Part shown: piece after piece, positions 36,790-46,800 of the stretch
Layout: each line of letters starts with the position of its first letter
Numbering within the stretch: the stretch's first letter is position 1
Origin: an uncultured Bacilli bacterium
GTDB taxonomy: Bacteria > Bacillota_I > Bacilli_A > RF39 > UBA660
Length of the DNA stretch: 64,000 bases
Assembly: GCA_947586205.1 (NCBI GenBank)
Contig: CANPXO010000001.1
Location: 4,164-68,163, forward strand
Reading direction: 5' to 3'
The notes under the pieces: model-generated
What the model saw: the letters and a program-made list of their open reading frames with translations, nothing else
What the model was told of the DNA's origin: nothing
The model's database searches: none
Translations under genes and position numbers: made by a program

Positions 36790-37941
36790 GTGAAAATCAT
36801 GAAGCATACTAAAAACATGAAAAAGAAAATGATAGGAAAAATTTTATTTTTTTGGATCCCTTTTCTAATGCTTTTAAGTATTAGTCTTTTACTCATGTAT
36901 CATGCTCGTTTTATCACGAATACCTATGCTCATCATTTTGAAAAACAACTTCTATGGTTTAGTATTGGTTTTCTTTTATTATTTTTATTTAAATGGATTC
37001 CTATTAAAAAGATATTTTCCCTAAGTATCCCCATCTACCTCATCAATCTTCTTTTCCTTATTTTAGTATTAATCATTGGAACCAATGTAAATGGGGCAAA
37101 AGCATGGATAGACTTTCATTATTTTAGTTTTCAACCAAGTGAACTCATGAAGTTTTCTCTTGCTTTATTCTTAGCCGATTTTTGTTCTCATAAAAAATGT
37201 CAAAACTATAAAGAAGAATTTATTCTTTTATTAGAAGTATTTATTCTCACCATTATTCCCTCTATTTTAGTTTTTCTAGAACCAGACACAGGATCCATAC
37301 TATTCTATTTTTGTATAGCACTCGCCATTCTTTGGAACAAAGTTCATAAAAGATGGTTTGTCATCATAGGCCTTCTTGCTATTTCTTTATTTGGAACATT
37401 CTTTTATTTATTCTTTTTTCAAAAAGATTTGTTAATCTCTTTCATTGGAACAAGTATTTTCTATCGTGTCGATCGTCTTTTAAATCTAGGAAGTGGAATG
37501 CAAATTGAAAATGCTTTAATTGCTTTAGGAAGTGCCCCATTCATGAGATGGAATCTCACTGAAACAGGAATCTATATTCCTGAAGCTCCTACTGATTTTG
37601 TTTTTGCTTTAACATCTAATGTCTTTGGAATTATAGGAAATCTTTTCATTATTTTCTTATTTTTGATACTAGACTTTTATTTACTAACCTTTATGAAAAA
37701 AGAAAAAGATCAAACCAAAAAACTATTTTCTATTTCTTTTTTAAGCATCTTTATTTCCAGTCAAATCATCAGTATTGCCATGAATCTCGGATTATTTCCA
37801 ATCATCGGTATTCCTTTACCATTTGTCAGTTATGGTGGTTCTTCTACCATCGTCTTATTCTTATTCTTAAGCATTTTCTTTTCTAAAAATAGAAAAGGAA
37901 AAAAGAAAAAACAAGTTACTATTGAAGTTTTAGTTATATAA
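36790..37941 (+). CDS. SEDS-family protein (FtsW/RodA/SpoVE)
   Basis: A polytopic membrane protein with the conserved PLPFVSYGGSS motif. The sporulation-gene neighbourhood suggests a SpoVE-like role. Confidence 0.7.
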   Translation: MKIMKHTKNMKKKMIGKILFFWIPFLMLLSISLLLMYHARFITNTYAHHFEKQLLWFSIGFLLLFLFKWIPIKKIFSLSIPIYLINLLFLILVLIIGTNVNGAKAWIDFHYFSFQPSELMKFSLALFLADFCSHKKCQNYKEEFILLLEVFILTIIPSILVFLEPDTGSILFYFCIALAILWNKVHKRWFVIIGLLAISLFGTFFYLFFFQKDLLISFIGTSIFYRVDRLLNLGSGMQIENALIALGSAPFMRWNLTETGIYIPEAPTDFVFALTSNVFGIIGNLFIIFLFLILDFYLLTFMKKEKDQTKKLFSISFLSIFISSQIISIAMNLGLFPIIGIPLPFVSYGGSSTIVLFLFLSIFFSKNRKGKKKKQVTIEVLVI

Positions 37942-37964
37942 AAAATGTAGACATAACATCTACA

Positions 37965-38189
37965 TTAATATGGTTGATAATAACTATAAGAATAATTTCC
38001 ATAAGGGGCATTTGGATAAGGTCGAGGTCCATATCCAGGTCCAGGTCCATATGGTGCAACATTATAAATTGGTCTAGGTCTTGTAAGTCCAACAGCAGCT
38101 CCACCAATTAAAGCTCCTCCTAAAAAAGGTAATAAAAATTGACGATCTCCAACAAATTGATTATTCATAGGATATTGATAATTATACAT
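37965..38189 (-). CDS. Small Gly/Pro/Tyr-rich protein (spore coat-like low-complexity protein)
   Basis: 74 aa with one hydrophobic segment, then a GPGPGYGPRPYPNAPYGNYSYSYYQPY tail. GAGAGGAG RBS present. Confidence 0.4.
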   Translation of the reverse strand: MYNYQYPMNNQFVGDRQFLLPFLGGALIGGAAVGLTRPRPIYNVAPYGPGPGYGPRPYPNAPYGNYSYSYYQPY

Positions 38190-38250
38190 ACATTCTACTC
38201 CTCTCAGTATAAAATATGTAAAAACTTACAAAGCTTAAGTTACAAACGCC

Positions 38251-38610
38251 TAGTTATTGAACACCATTGGTCTCCATTGGTCAGCTCTGTCTCCATTGGA
38301 CAGCTCTGGTCACCATTGAACACCTCTGAACACTATTGAACACCTCTGAACACTATTGAACACCTCTGGTCACCATTGAACACCTTTGGTCACCATTGAA
38401 CACCTTTGAACTCCATTGAACACCTCTGGTCACCATTGAACACCTCTGGTCACCATTGAACACCTTTGGTCACCATTGAACACCTTTGAACTCCATTGAA
38501 CACCTCTGGTCTCCATTGAACACCTCTGGTCACCATTGAACACCTTTGAACTCCATTGAACACCTCTGGTCACCATTGAACACCTTTGAACACTATCGAA
38601 CACCTCTAAA
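38251..38610. repeat. Tandem array of ~18 copies of a 20-bp unit (CCATTGAACACCTCTGGTCA and variants)
   Basis: Read directly from the sequence: perfect 20-bp periodicity, with alternating TGAACA and TGGTCA/TGAACT hexamers every 10 bp. It is non-coding, since the period is not a multiple of 3 and stops are present. It lies between the stop of 38618..40066 and the start of 37965..38189. Confidence 0.85.
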
Positions 38611-38617
38611 CAGCAAT

Positions 38618-40066
38618 TTATTTAATTATATATTTTCCATAACCATCATTTTTAGTAGTACCTGTCCAAACAATAAGTTTCTTATCAATTAATCTATTTA
38701 ATAAAGCTACGGCTGTTGTTTTTCTTCTTCCTATTAATTCACTTATTTCTTCTCTAGTCGCCCCATTGTTATTAATGATGTACTCTATTGCTTGCTGTTC
38801 AGGATAACTTAATTCATCCCATACATTTTTAACACGTTCATTATTCACAGCCTTGTTTACCTTTGAACGTTTTTCAATATTATTTTCTAAAATTAATAAT
38901 ACTGAATTTCTATCAGGTTCTGAATATATAGGTTGTTCCAAATGAAAACGTTTCATTTCTTGATATATTCTTTTAACCCCTTCATTTAATTCTCTAACAA
39001 TCCCTAATTCTACTAATGCTCTTGCAATTTGTGGATTTCTTGAATATCTTTTTACTTGCATTGTATCTAAAGTAACAAAACCACCAAGCCTTCCTGGAGA
39101 AGATATTTCCATTCTACTATTATAGATTTTAACAATAATTTGTTCTCCAATATTAGAATAATCTCGATGAGTGACAGCATTGACAATTCCTTCATACCAA
39201 GCGAATTCTGGATATTCCGGATTTTTTTCAAAAACACCGTCCTGATTTAAATAACTAAATTCACGTAATTGAGAATTAATAAATTCTTTGGCTTCAGTTA
39301 AAATCTTATAAAGATTTTTATCAAACGTTTTTTCCTTAACAACATTCATGGAAGTTCCTGTTTGAAAATCATCACCTTCAAATTTAATAACTCTTAAACG
39401 AGCACAAGGAAAATAAACAGAAGGATTTTTACCAAAAAGTAACATACCCGCATTTGTAAATTTAACTTCTCCTTTTGCTTCAACTAAATATCCTCGAGCT
39501 TGTAATACAGAAATATCATCATTATCTGTTTCAAGTTTTTTCTTATATAAATCTAAAACTTCATGATCGATATCATCTAAGCTTGAATTCCAAACAACTT
39601 GATTTTCAAAATTCATCTCATTTCTGTCATATTCTAAGCTTTTAATTTGATCATGTGTTAATTTTATAGAAGAGTCCCCCTGACGAATATAGACTTCATC
39701 TTTTAAATTTCTTATAACTCGATTCATAGATGGTTCTATATGAAACAAAAGTATTTTGTCATCCTCCCCTTTTACATTTTTGACATCTACGATTTCACAA
39801 TTATAGACTGGAGTAGGTTTTAAATAAGAACCAACAATTTTTTGGGCATCATTAAGTTTATTCATCCCATAATGATTAAATCCTTCAATATCTCCATTAT
39901 CATGAATACCCAATGCTAAAATACCCCCTTGTGCATTTGCAAATGCCATGACTTCATTAGCAAATGTTTTTAAATCAATTTTCGCAGACTTTCTATCAAA
40001 ATATAAGTTCTCTGGTTCTCTTAAATATTCTAAAGTAACCTTTTTATTTATCTTAGATAAATTCAT
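38618..40066 (-). CDS. Schlafen-like AlbA_2 domain protein with a C-terminal winged-helix HTH (often annotated RecG-C-terminal-like/putative transcriptional regulator)
   Basis: N-terminal LYFDRKSAKIDLKTFANEVMAFANAQGGILALGI (AlbA_2 signature). C-terminal ..GATREEISELIGRRKTTAVALLNRLIDKKLIV (HTH). Confidence 0.6.
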   Translation of the reverse strand: MNLSKINKKVTLEYLREPENLYFDRKSAKIDLKTFANEVMAFANAQGGILALGIHDNGDIEGFNHYGMNKLNDAQKIVGSYLKPTPVYNCEIVDVKNVKGEDDKILLFHIEPSMNRVIRNLKDEVYIRQGDSSIKLTHDQIKSLEYDRNEMNFENQVVWNSSLDDIDHEVLDLYKKKLETDNDDISVLQARGYLVEAKGEVKFTNAGMLLFGKNPSVYFPCARLRVIKFEGDDFQTGTSMNVVKEKTFDKNLYKILTEAKEFINSQLREFSYLNQDGVFEKNPEYPEFAWYEGIVNAVTHRDYSNIGEQIIVKIYNSRMEISSPGRLGGFVTLDTMQVKRYSRNPQIARALVELGIVRELNEGVKRIYQEMKRFHLEQPIYSEPDRNSVLLILENNIEKRSKVNKAVNNERVKNVWDELSYPEQQAIEYIINNNGATREEISELIGRRKTTAVALLNRLIDKKLIVWTGTTKNDGYGKYIIK

Positions 40067-40165
40067 TTTTCATCACCTCAACAACATAATACCACATATA
40101 TTTTCATGTGTAAATATCACTATGATATGCTTTACTTTCAAAAAAAATAATGAACTTTCCATTCA

Positions 40166-40672
40166 TTATTTTGAAGTACTCTTCTTTTTGGTTGACTTAC
40201 TTGATTTTTTAGTCGTTCCGGTTTTTCCTGTTTTTTTCTTAGATTTAGTAGTACTCTTCTTTTCTTCTTTATTTGTTTCTTCTTCTAATTCATCTAAGAA
40301 TTCATGAAGTAATGTACTTGCACTTTCTTTCACTTCTTTAGCCGCTCTTTCAACAACAGGAGCTCCCTTTTCCTTAGCAAGTTTCATTAAATCATCACAT
40401 TTATCTTTTACAAAATCTACTTTTTCTTCTGCTACTTCTTTTATTGTCACTGCATCCATTTGAGACAATTCTTTCTTTATTTCATTCACTTTCTTTAAAA
40501 GATTTTCTTTCGTCTCTTCTATATCAATATCTTTGATTGTATCTACTAATAAAGAAAAAGATTTTTTTAAATCATTTCTTGTCTCATTACCCTCTTTAGG
40601 CGCAAGTAAAATTCCGAGTCCAACCCCTACAAAAGTTCCTGTTAAAAAAGAACGGAATTTACTTTGACTCAT
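40166..40672 (-). CDS. ytxH: YtxH-like protein (PF12732-like)
   Basis: N-terminal FLTGTFVGVGLGILLAPKEGNETRNDL followed by a long helical region, then a K/S/T-rich tail. Confidence 0.55.
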   Translation of the reverse strand: MSQSKFRSFLTGTFVGVGLGILLAPKEGNETRNDLKKSFSLLVDTIKDIDIEETKENLLKKVNEIKKELSQMDAVTIKEVAEEKVDFVKDKCDDLMKLAKEKGAPVVERAAKEVKESASTLLHEFLDELEEETNKEEKKSTTKSKKKTGKTGTTKKSSKSTKKKSTSK

Positions 40673-40974
40673 TATTCCTCATCCTTTTTTGAAATTACTT
40701 TTTTACTTTTCTTTTTAGATGAGAATAGATTTGCAACGGTAGCAGTAATTCCTTCCACAACTTTATCTGTGACTAAGACAATCTTATCTGTTGTGGTATC
40801 AATAATATGAAATAAACCATCCAACGCTCTTACTTTTTCATTCACATTATCCACAACTTTTTCTACTTTATCTAATGCAATTAAACATTTAATAGCAAGT
40901 ACAATTCCTATAATTAAGACAATAATTAATAATACATAAATCACAATTGGTAAAAAATCTAATAAAAAACTCAT
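40672..40974 (-). CDS. ytxG: DUF948-family membrane protein (YtxG-like)
   Basis: A 100-aa protein with an N-terminal TM helix and then a coiled-coil region. It is directly upstream of the ytxH-like gene, as in B. subtilis ytxGHJ. Confidence 0.5.
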   Translation of the reverse strand: MSFLLDFLPIVIYVLLIIVLIIGIVLAIKCLIALDKVEKVVDNVNEKVRALDGLFHIIDTTTDKIVLVTDKVVEGITATVANLFSSKKKSKKVISKKDEE

Positions 40975-40976
40975 TC

Positions 40977-41906
40977 TTATTCCTCCTCCTTATTTTCATA
41001 CATAGAATCAATTAAGTGATATAAATCATTTTCGAGTGTCTCATCATCTTCTATTTTTTCTTCTTCTGTTTTGTCATGATATTCATCTAAAACATCCATA
41101 CTTAATTTTTCTTCTAATTCTGGATCATTTTGAATCACTACATCATCAGAATCTATCGTATCAAAAAGTTCTTTTTCTTCTGGTTCTACTTCTTTTTCAA
41201 CTGGTACATCAATGGTATCAAAAGACGACCCTTCTAAAAGTTCATCAATGCTTTTTTCTTTTGGTTTTTCTTGAACAGTCTTTTCTTCTTTTTCATGAAC
41301 CACTTCTAATTGTCTTGTTTGCATTAATGTTCTTTCAATATCATCTTCTAAAGTACCAAATGCTTTTTTTCTTACATCGTCTACATCAAATGTCTTTTTT
41401 TCTTCTTTTTTTACAATGATATCTTCTTTTTTATAATTCTTATCAAGAACCCCATATACTGGTGAAATGACTGGTGAAGGTTTAAACTTTCTTGATTCAA
41501 TTCCTGTTGATTTTGATTCATAAGCTCTTCCTTTAATTTCTTCTGCTTTATTCTTTTTTAATTTAGGCTTTTCAGAATCAAATAGATTAAATCCCATTGT
41601 CTTTTTAGGTGGTTCTTCAGACTGTTTAGGTTCAGGCTCTGGTTCAAAAGTATGTTTCATTTCTTCAAACTCTTGGTCATCAAACATTGGAAAATCAAAT
41701 GTTTTCTCAGCCTTAAATAAATCTCGATCACCAGTTAAATCTTCATCTAAATTGCTTTCAAAGACATTTTTCTTTCTTTCTACTTTCTTCTCTTCAACAA
41801 CAGGAGGAGAGACTTTCTTTGGTGGTTCCTCAATAGGAACTTCCACTTCTTCTTCCTCAAATAACACTGATTTTAACTTATTAAACAATCCCATGATTAT
41901 CCTCAC
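40977..41906 (-). CDS. Acidic Glu-rich low-complexity protein (hypothetical)
   Basis: 309 aa, very E/D/K-rich, with no TM segment. Confidence 0.3.
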   Translation of the reverse strand: MRIIMGLFNKLKSVLFEEEEVEVPIEEPPKKVSPPVVEEKKVERKKNVFESNLDEDLTGDRDLFKAEKTFDFPMFDDQEFEEMKHTFEPEPEPKQSEEPPKKTMGFNLFDSEKPKLKKNKAEEIKGRAYESKSTGIESRKFKPSPVISPVYGVLDKNYKKEDIIVKKEEKKTFDVDDVRKKAFGTLEDDIERTLMQTRQLEVVHEKEEKTVQEKPKEKSIDELLEGSSFDTIDVPVEKEVEPEEKELFDTIDSDDVVIQNDPELEEKLSMDVLDEYHDKTEEEKIEDDETLENDLYHLIDSMYENKEEE

Positions 41907-41915
41907 TCTCTTATG

Positions 41916-42569
41916 CTAACGAATAAAGTCTGGATCTACGGTACTATCAGTTTCTTCGTAAGTTCCATATTCTTCTACAATTTGTAAGTATCCACTTTCT
42001 GTGTCGGCACTTTCAAAAATGTTATGTTCCACTTCATTCGCTTCTAACACATTCTCACCCATCAAGCTTGTTAATACTTCATCTTGATAAGTAATAGAAG
42101 AAAGAATTGACATTGAATAGGCAATCGCACTTTCGATATCTTCTTTTTCTACTATCACTTCTATTTTAGCATAATTATACATGATTTCAACAAAATATTT
42201 TTCATTTTCTGTTTTTTTTATTTCAATATAACCAAAATGATTTGCTTTTTCTAATTTTTTAGAATAAAAAACATCTTCTTTTTCTTCATATGTTTTTTGA
42301 ATTCGATTATAATAACTTACTCGATCCACATACATGTAATATAGGTCATCATTAACACTTAATATTTCATTGCTTCCTTCATGATTTACAAGTTTAATTC
42401 CCTTTGGTAAATAGAATTTATAACCAGCTCGGTAAGTATTTGCAATATCAGCTTGAGAATTCATTGTCATAGATAATATATTTTCATAACTATCACTTTC
42501 AATACTACTACATCCACATGTTAAAAACAGGATAAAAAAGAATAAAAAAAATTTTTTCATCAATATCAC
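41916..42569 (-). CDS. Hypothetical lipoprotein
   Basis: A signal peptide with lipobox LTCGCSS. Confidence 0.45.
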   Translation of the reverse strand: MILMKKFFLFFFILFLTCGCSSIESDSYENILSMTMNSQADIANTYRAGYKFYLPKGIKLVNHEGSNEILSVNDDLYYMYVDRVSYYNRIQKTYEEKEDVFYSKKLEKANHFGYIEIKKTENEKYFVEIMYNYAKIEVIVEKEDIESAIAYSMSILSSITYQDEVLTSLMGENVLEANEVEHNIFESADTESGYLQIVEEYGTYEETDSTVDPDFIR

Positions 42570-42647
42570 CTATTCATATCAATAGTATACCAAAAAAATA
42601 AAAGATTGGAAAGAAGAAAAAATGGAAAAATGAATTCTAAATTTATC

Positions 42648-42665
42648 GAAAACAAAAAAGGCTTT
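42648..42665 (-). terminator. Intrinsic terminator of the Rpn gene
   Basis: AGGCUUAAAAAGCCU followed by UUUUUU immediately after the stop. Confidence 0.55.
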
Positions 42666-43475
42666 TTAAGCCTCTTTTAATTTTTCAATGTCCTCGATAG
42701 ACAAACCTGTGACTTCAGAAATATAAGCCACATCTGACTTTTCAAGCATCGATTTGGCAATTTCAATGTTTCTTTCTTCGCGTCCTTCAGTATGTTCTGA
42801 ATTCAGCATCATTCGCATGTCTTCTTCATCACTTGCAAATCTCACAAAATCTTCATTTTGATTTAACTCTATGACTTTGTCTCTGAACTTATCCATGAAT
42901 TCATCTTCCCCTCTTGGAAGTGCATTTAATTCAGCTTCATTCATATCAAATATGGATAAATACCGAAATAGGGTTCTTGCATCTTCATCATTTTCATTAT
43001 ACCACTTCCGACCCATCTCGTCCATAGAAAATTCCAAAACAGATACATTATCAAGGTACTTTTTTTGGGAAGAGGACTGAAAACTGTGATCTTCCATAAG
43101 GGTATCTGAAGCTTTGCCATAGGTGAAATCCACGAGTAAATAATATTTTTTGCTTTTATATTCCTCGCCTTTTTTAGCATCTTTGTTAATAGTAACCGAA
43201 AAGAAATTAAAGTTCCTGAAATGTAACCAATCAGTATATTTAAAATTCATTTCCATTTGCACAACGATGCTTTCATCTACTTCCAAAATCAAATCAGCAG
43301 TTTTGCCTTTTTCATAGGCATATCTTTTGATAAGCTCTGGGTTACGAATTTTAATGTTTTCCACTTTTTGATGTAAGATAAGTTCAAGTAGTCGTTTGGT
43401 TAAATCTAAATTTTCTTCATCACCAAAGACTGCTTTAAAAACTTTGTCGTAACGAGCACTTAGAAATTTTTTCAT
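42666..43475 (-). CDS. Rpn-family (YhgA-like, PD-(D/E)XK, transposase_31) recombination-promoting nuclease
   Basis: N-terminal ..DKVFKAVFGDEEN..LLELIL..., a catalytic D..E.Q.E-like core, and a C-terminal ..ISEVTGLSIEDIEKLKEA tail. AGGAGG RBS present. Confidence 0.65.
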   Translation of the reverse strand: MKKFLSARYDKVFKAVFGDEENLDLTKRLLELILHQKVENIKIRNPELIKRYAYEKGKTADLILEVDESIVVQMEMNFKYTDWLHFRNFNFFSVTINKDAKKGEEYKSKKYYLLVDFTYGKASDTLMEDHSFQSSSQKKYLDNVSVLEFSMDEMGRKWYNENDEDARTLFRYLSIFDMNEAELNALPRGEDEFMDKFRDKVIELNQNEDFVRFASDEEDMRMMLNSEHTEGREERNIEIAKSMLEKSDVAYISEVTGLSIEDIEKLKEA

Positions 43476-43802
43476 TTAAGGTTTCCTCCTTTCGCCAACC
43501 ATTAAAGCAGAAAAAAGGAGGCTTTGCAAACGCCAAAAACGGGTAAAACCCTGCAGATTTTGAAAATCTGCTTAGCAAATTTTGAAAATTTGTAGCCATT
43601 TTGACCAAAAATGGGCAAAAATGTCTAATTTGGCCGTTTTTTTTGACAAGTTTTGTCGAATCCTGTCGAATGGTGTCAAAAACCAAGAAAATATTCACAT
43701 TAACGCACAAATTTATATGATTTTGTTGACTTTAAACTTATTTAATAATCAAGACAAAAAACGCCATTTTTGTCTGAATTATCAATTTTGATTTTATAAA
43801 CA

Positions 43803-43835
43803 AAAAAAGAACTTACGCATTTAAGCAATAAGTTC
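43803..43835 (-). terminator. Intrinsic terminator of the 1181-aa surface protein gene
   Basis: A perfect 9-bp stem AAGAACUUA...UAAGUUCUU followed by U7 on the minus strand. Confidence 0.6.
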
Positions 43836-43851
43836 TTTAAAAGTGTCAAGT

Positions 43852-46800
43852 TTATTCTGTTAAAGATGCAACAGCTTGAACTGTAATGTGTAAAACAATA
43901 ACACCTTTACCAGGAATAGCAAGTTTACGTGTAAGTGTTCTTGGCGCACTGTCTGGAGTAACAGCACCACCAGCTTCTACATATGGACTAAAGTAAGCAC
44001 CATAAGTTGCATCACTTTCACATTCAGTTACACCTATGCCAGTCTCATCTAATCTATAAATAGTTGTACCGCTTCCTTTTATTTCAGTGCCATCACTTAT
44101 ATGGAAATAAAATGCTGTATTATTCTGAGTATATTGAAGATTGATATCATATTCTCCATCAATTTCATGTCCGGCTGAATCTTTAGTTTTTTCAACCTTT
44201 ATTTTTGAAGTTTCAGCTTTATTTGTAGTAACTCCATTACTAGTATCTATTGTTAATTTTTTTGATTCAACACTATCACTAAATAATTTTACATCAAAAT
44301 TTTGTTCACCAATAGATACCAAAGAATTTGTACCAGGTAAAGCGGAAATATTCATATAGACAACAGATACTAAAATTTTATGATTTTCATCAATAGTCCA
44401 AATTGGAGCTTCTAGGAATGCACCTTTTCCAACACTAAATAAAGTCATTTGGTCTTTTTTATAAGAAATTCCATTAATAGTTAAAGTATTAGGTGTATCT
44501 GTACCTTTATATTCTCCAATTTCCATATAAAATGCTTGTTTTTCAGTATCATCAAATTTGTCATATGGAAGAATACATTGACTTCCCTCTTTTACACAGT
44601 CTTCATTAGCCTCATACTTATTATAGAATTGAGTATCGAATGCTGTTGATTCAGTTTGAATGTTACTTGTAGAATCTACTACAGTTTCAACATCTAGATT
44701 AATAGTATATACTAATTTACCATCTACAGCATTTTCATCAGTAACACCATCTGCTAAAGTTAATGTAACTTCAATTGAGCGACCTTTCAAAGCAGTGATA
44801 TTTCCATTACCAATAATTTTTTGATAATAATCAGTAATTGCTTTTTTAGTAGTAGCTTTAACTTGTTCATCAACTGCATTTAATTTAATAGAGGCAATTG
44901 TGTCTTTTTCATCAGCTGTTATATCATCAATAGAAACTTCACTATAAAACTTAGTTGCTAATAATGCTTCAAGTTGGTCCATCATACCAGTTCCTTCAAT
45001 TTCACTTAAAGAAGCTGTTGCATCACTTAATAAAATATTATATGTTGTAACTTTTCCATCTTCATTAGCTACTGGTACAAGTGTAAAGAAATCTTGACCA
45101 TTTATTTTACCCATTGCACTTCCAACACCAATTTCAGTATTAGCTGTAGCAGTAAGTTGAATAGTATATGTAGCTTCTCTACCAGCCTCATTAGTAACAT
45201 ATAAATTATCAGTAATTAATTTAATTGTTAATTCTGTTCCAGCTAAACCTTTTCCTTTAGTTTCATCCATAATTTCTTTAATAGCTTTAGTTAATTCTGA
45301 TGAATTAGTAATCTCCTCTGAATCATGATTTACATTATATGTAAAATCTTTATTATTAATAACAATTTTATCATATTTTTTAGATGCCAATAATGAATTA
45401 ATAAATTTAGCTAATGCTACATTATTACTAGCAGTCACATTATTCTCAAGTACAACATCAATTACTCCGTTAGCATAAGTTGCTTTTTCATAAGCAGAAT
45501 CTTTTGCTAACTCAGTTGCTAAGTTACTCATATCAACATCACTATTATGTGAAACTGTAAATTTAATCGTGTAAGAATTATGTCCACTAACATCTTTTAA
45601 AACATCTTTTAAATCAAATGTGATATTAAAATTCTTACCAGCAATATTAGCAGCTATAGGAGTTCGTTCATCACTAGAAGTCATCATAGTTGCTATTATT
45701 TGGTTAAATGCAGTTGTAATAGCACCACTTTCTTGATATGAAGTTGCACCTGCTGATGCATCACTACTTGTAAATTCATGTTTTCCATTTGTAGTTTGAT
45801 TATAAATAAATGAGATTTTATCAAAATCACCAGTGGTAATAGCCTTATATAAACCACCAGTAATACCAGTTGATTTAATATCTGTAATAGCATTAAATGA
45901 ATCTAGTTTAAGATTAATCGTTGCAGTTCCATCTTCATTATAGATTGCATCATAGAATTTATTATTTGTATTTTTTAAAGAACTAATAAATTCTCTTACT
46001 ACTTTTTCAGTATCAATTGCATATTCTAATTGACTTAAGTCAATTTCATATTCTTCAGATGATAGATAATCATTTTTATTACCATCAGCATCGATTTTGA
46101 TTTTTAAAGTATTGTCTGTTGATGCGTCATCTTTTAATTTTAATATTAATGTTAAAGTGCCATCAGTTAAATCAGAATATTTTCCATGGAATACTTTATC
46201 ATTAATTGTGTAAGTAATATCAATATCCTCAGTGACATATTTTGGTTTAACATTTAAAGTTATAAAATAACCTGTTGACTTTCCTTCACCAAAAGAATCC
46301 TTAGTTAAAGTTTGTTTAACTACTGTTCCAGTCATTTTTTTACCTGTTGCATCTAATGCATAAGTCTCTTTGGCATTTCTATGATATCCAAATCTTTCTT
46401 CATTATCTTTTTGATCTGCTTCTGGAATTTCATTTGTAAAAGCAGCTTCAGAAACTTCTTGAATAGTTGCTTTAGACCAATCGATGACATATTTAGTTGG
46501 CTCGTAAACCTCACCAGCACCATCTAAATCAACTTCAATTGTAATTTTTTTCTCTGTATCTTTTTCAGGATTTAAAGATGCTAAGAATTTTAATGTTGTT
46601 ACACCATCAGCAGTAAATCTATCTGTATTATCTGTGAAGCTTGCATAAGTAAATGTTTTCTCATTTAATCCAGTTATTTTAATAGTTGTATCATTGCGAT
46701 ACCCTGTAACTTTTAAATCAAATGCTAAATAATATCCGGTTTTTTCCTCTTCAGAGAATACGTTTTCATTAATTTCATTATCTATCTTAATTAAACCAGT

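Noticed and set aside
38251-38610. Possible CRISPR array
   Set aside because: The 20-bp units are contiguous with no unique spacers between them. They are too short and too degenerate in pattern for CRISPR repeats, and no cas genes are nearby.
42666-43475. Bona fide IS element or transposon carrying the Rpn gene
   Set aside because: Rpn/YhgA 'transposase_31' genes are domesticated nucleases. No inverted terminal repeats or second transposition gene were seen. The shared upstream motifs are noted as a finding instead.
43435-43791. ORFs 43435..43710 (-) and 43582..43791 (+) in the Rpn upstream region
   Set aside because: The region is full of palindromes and short repeats consistent with regulatory DNA. 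The ORFs lack RBSs and have implausible composition.
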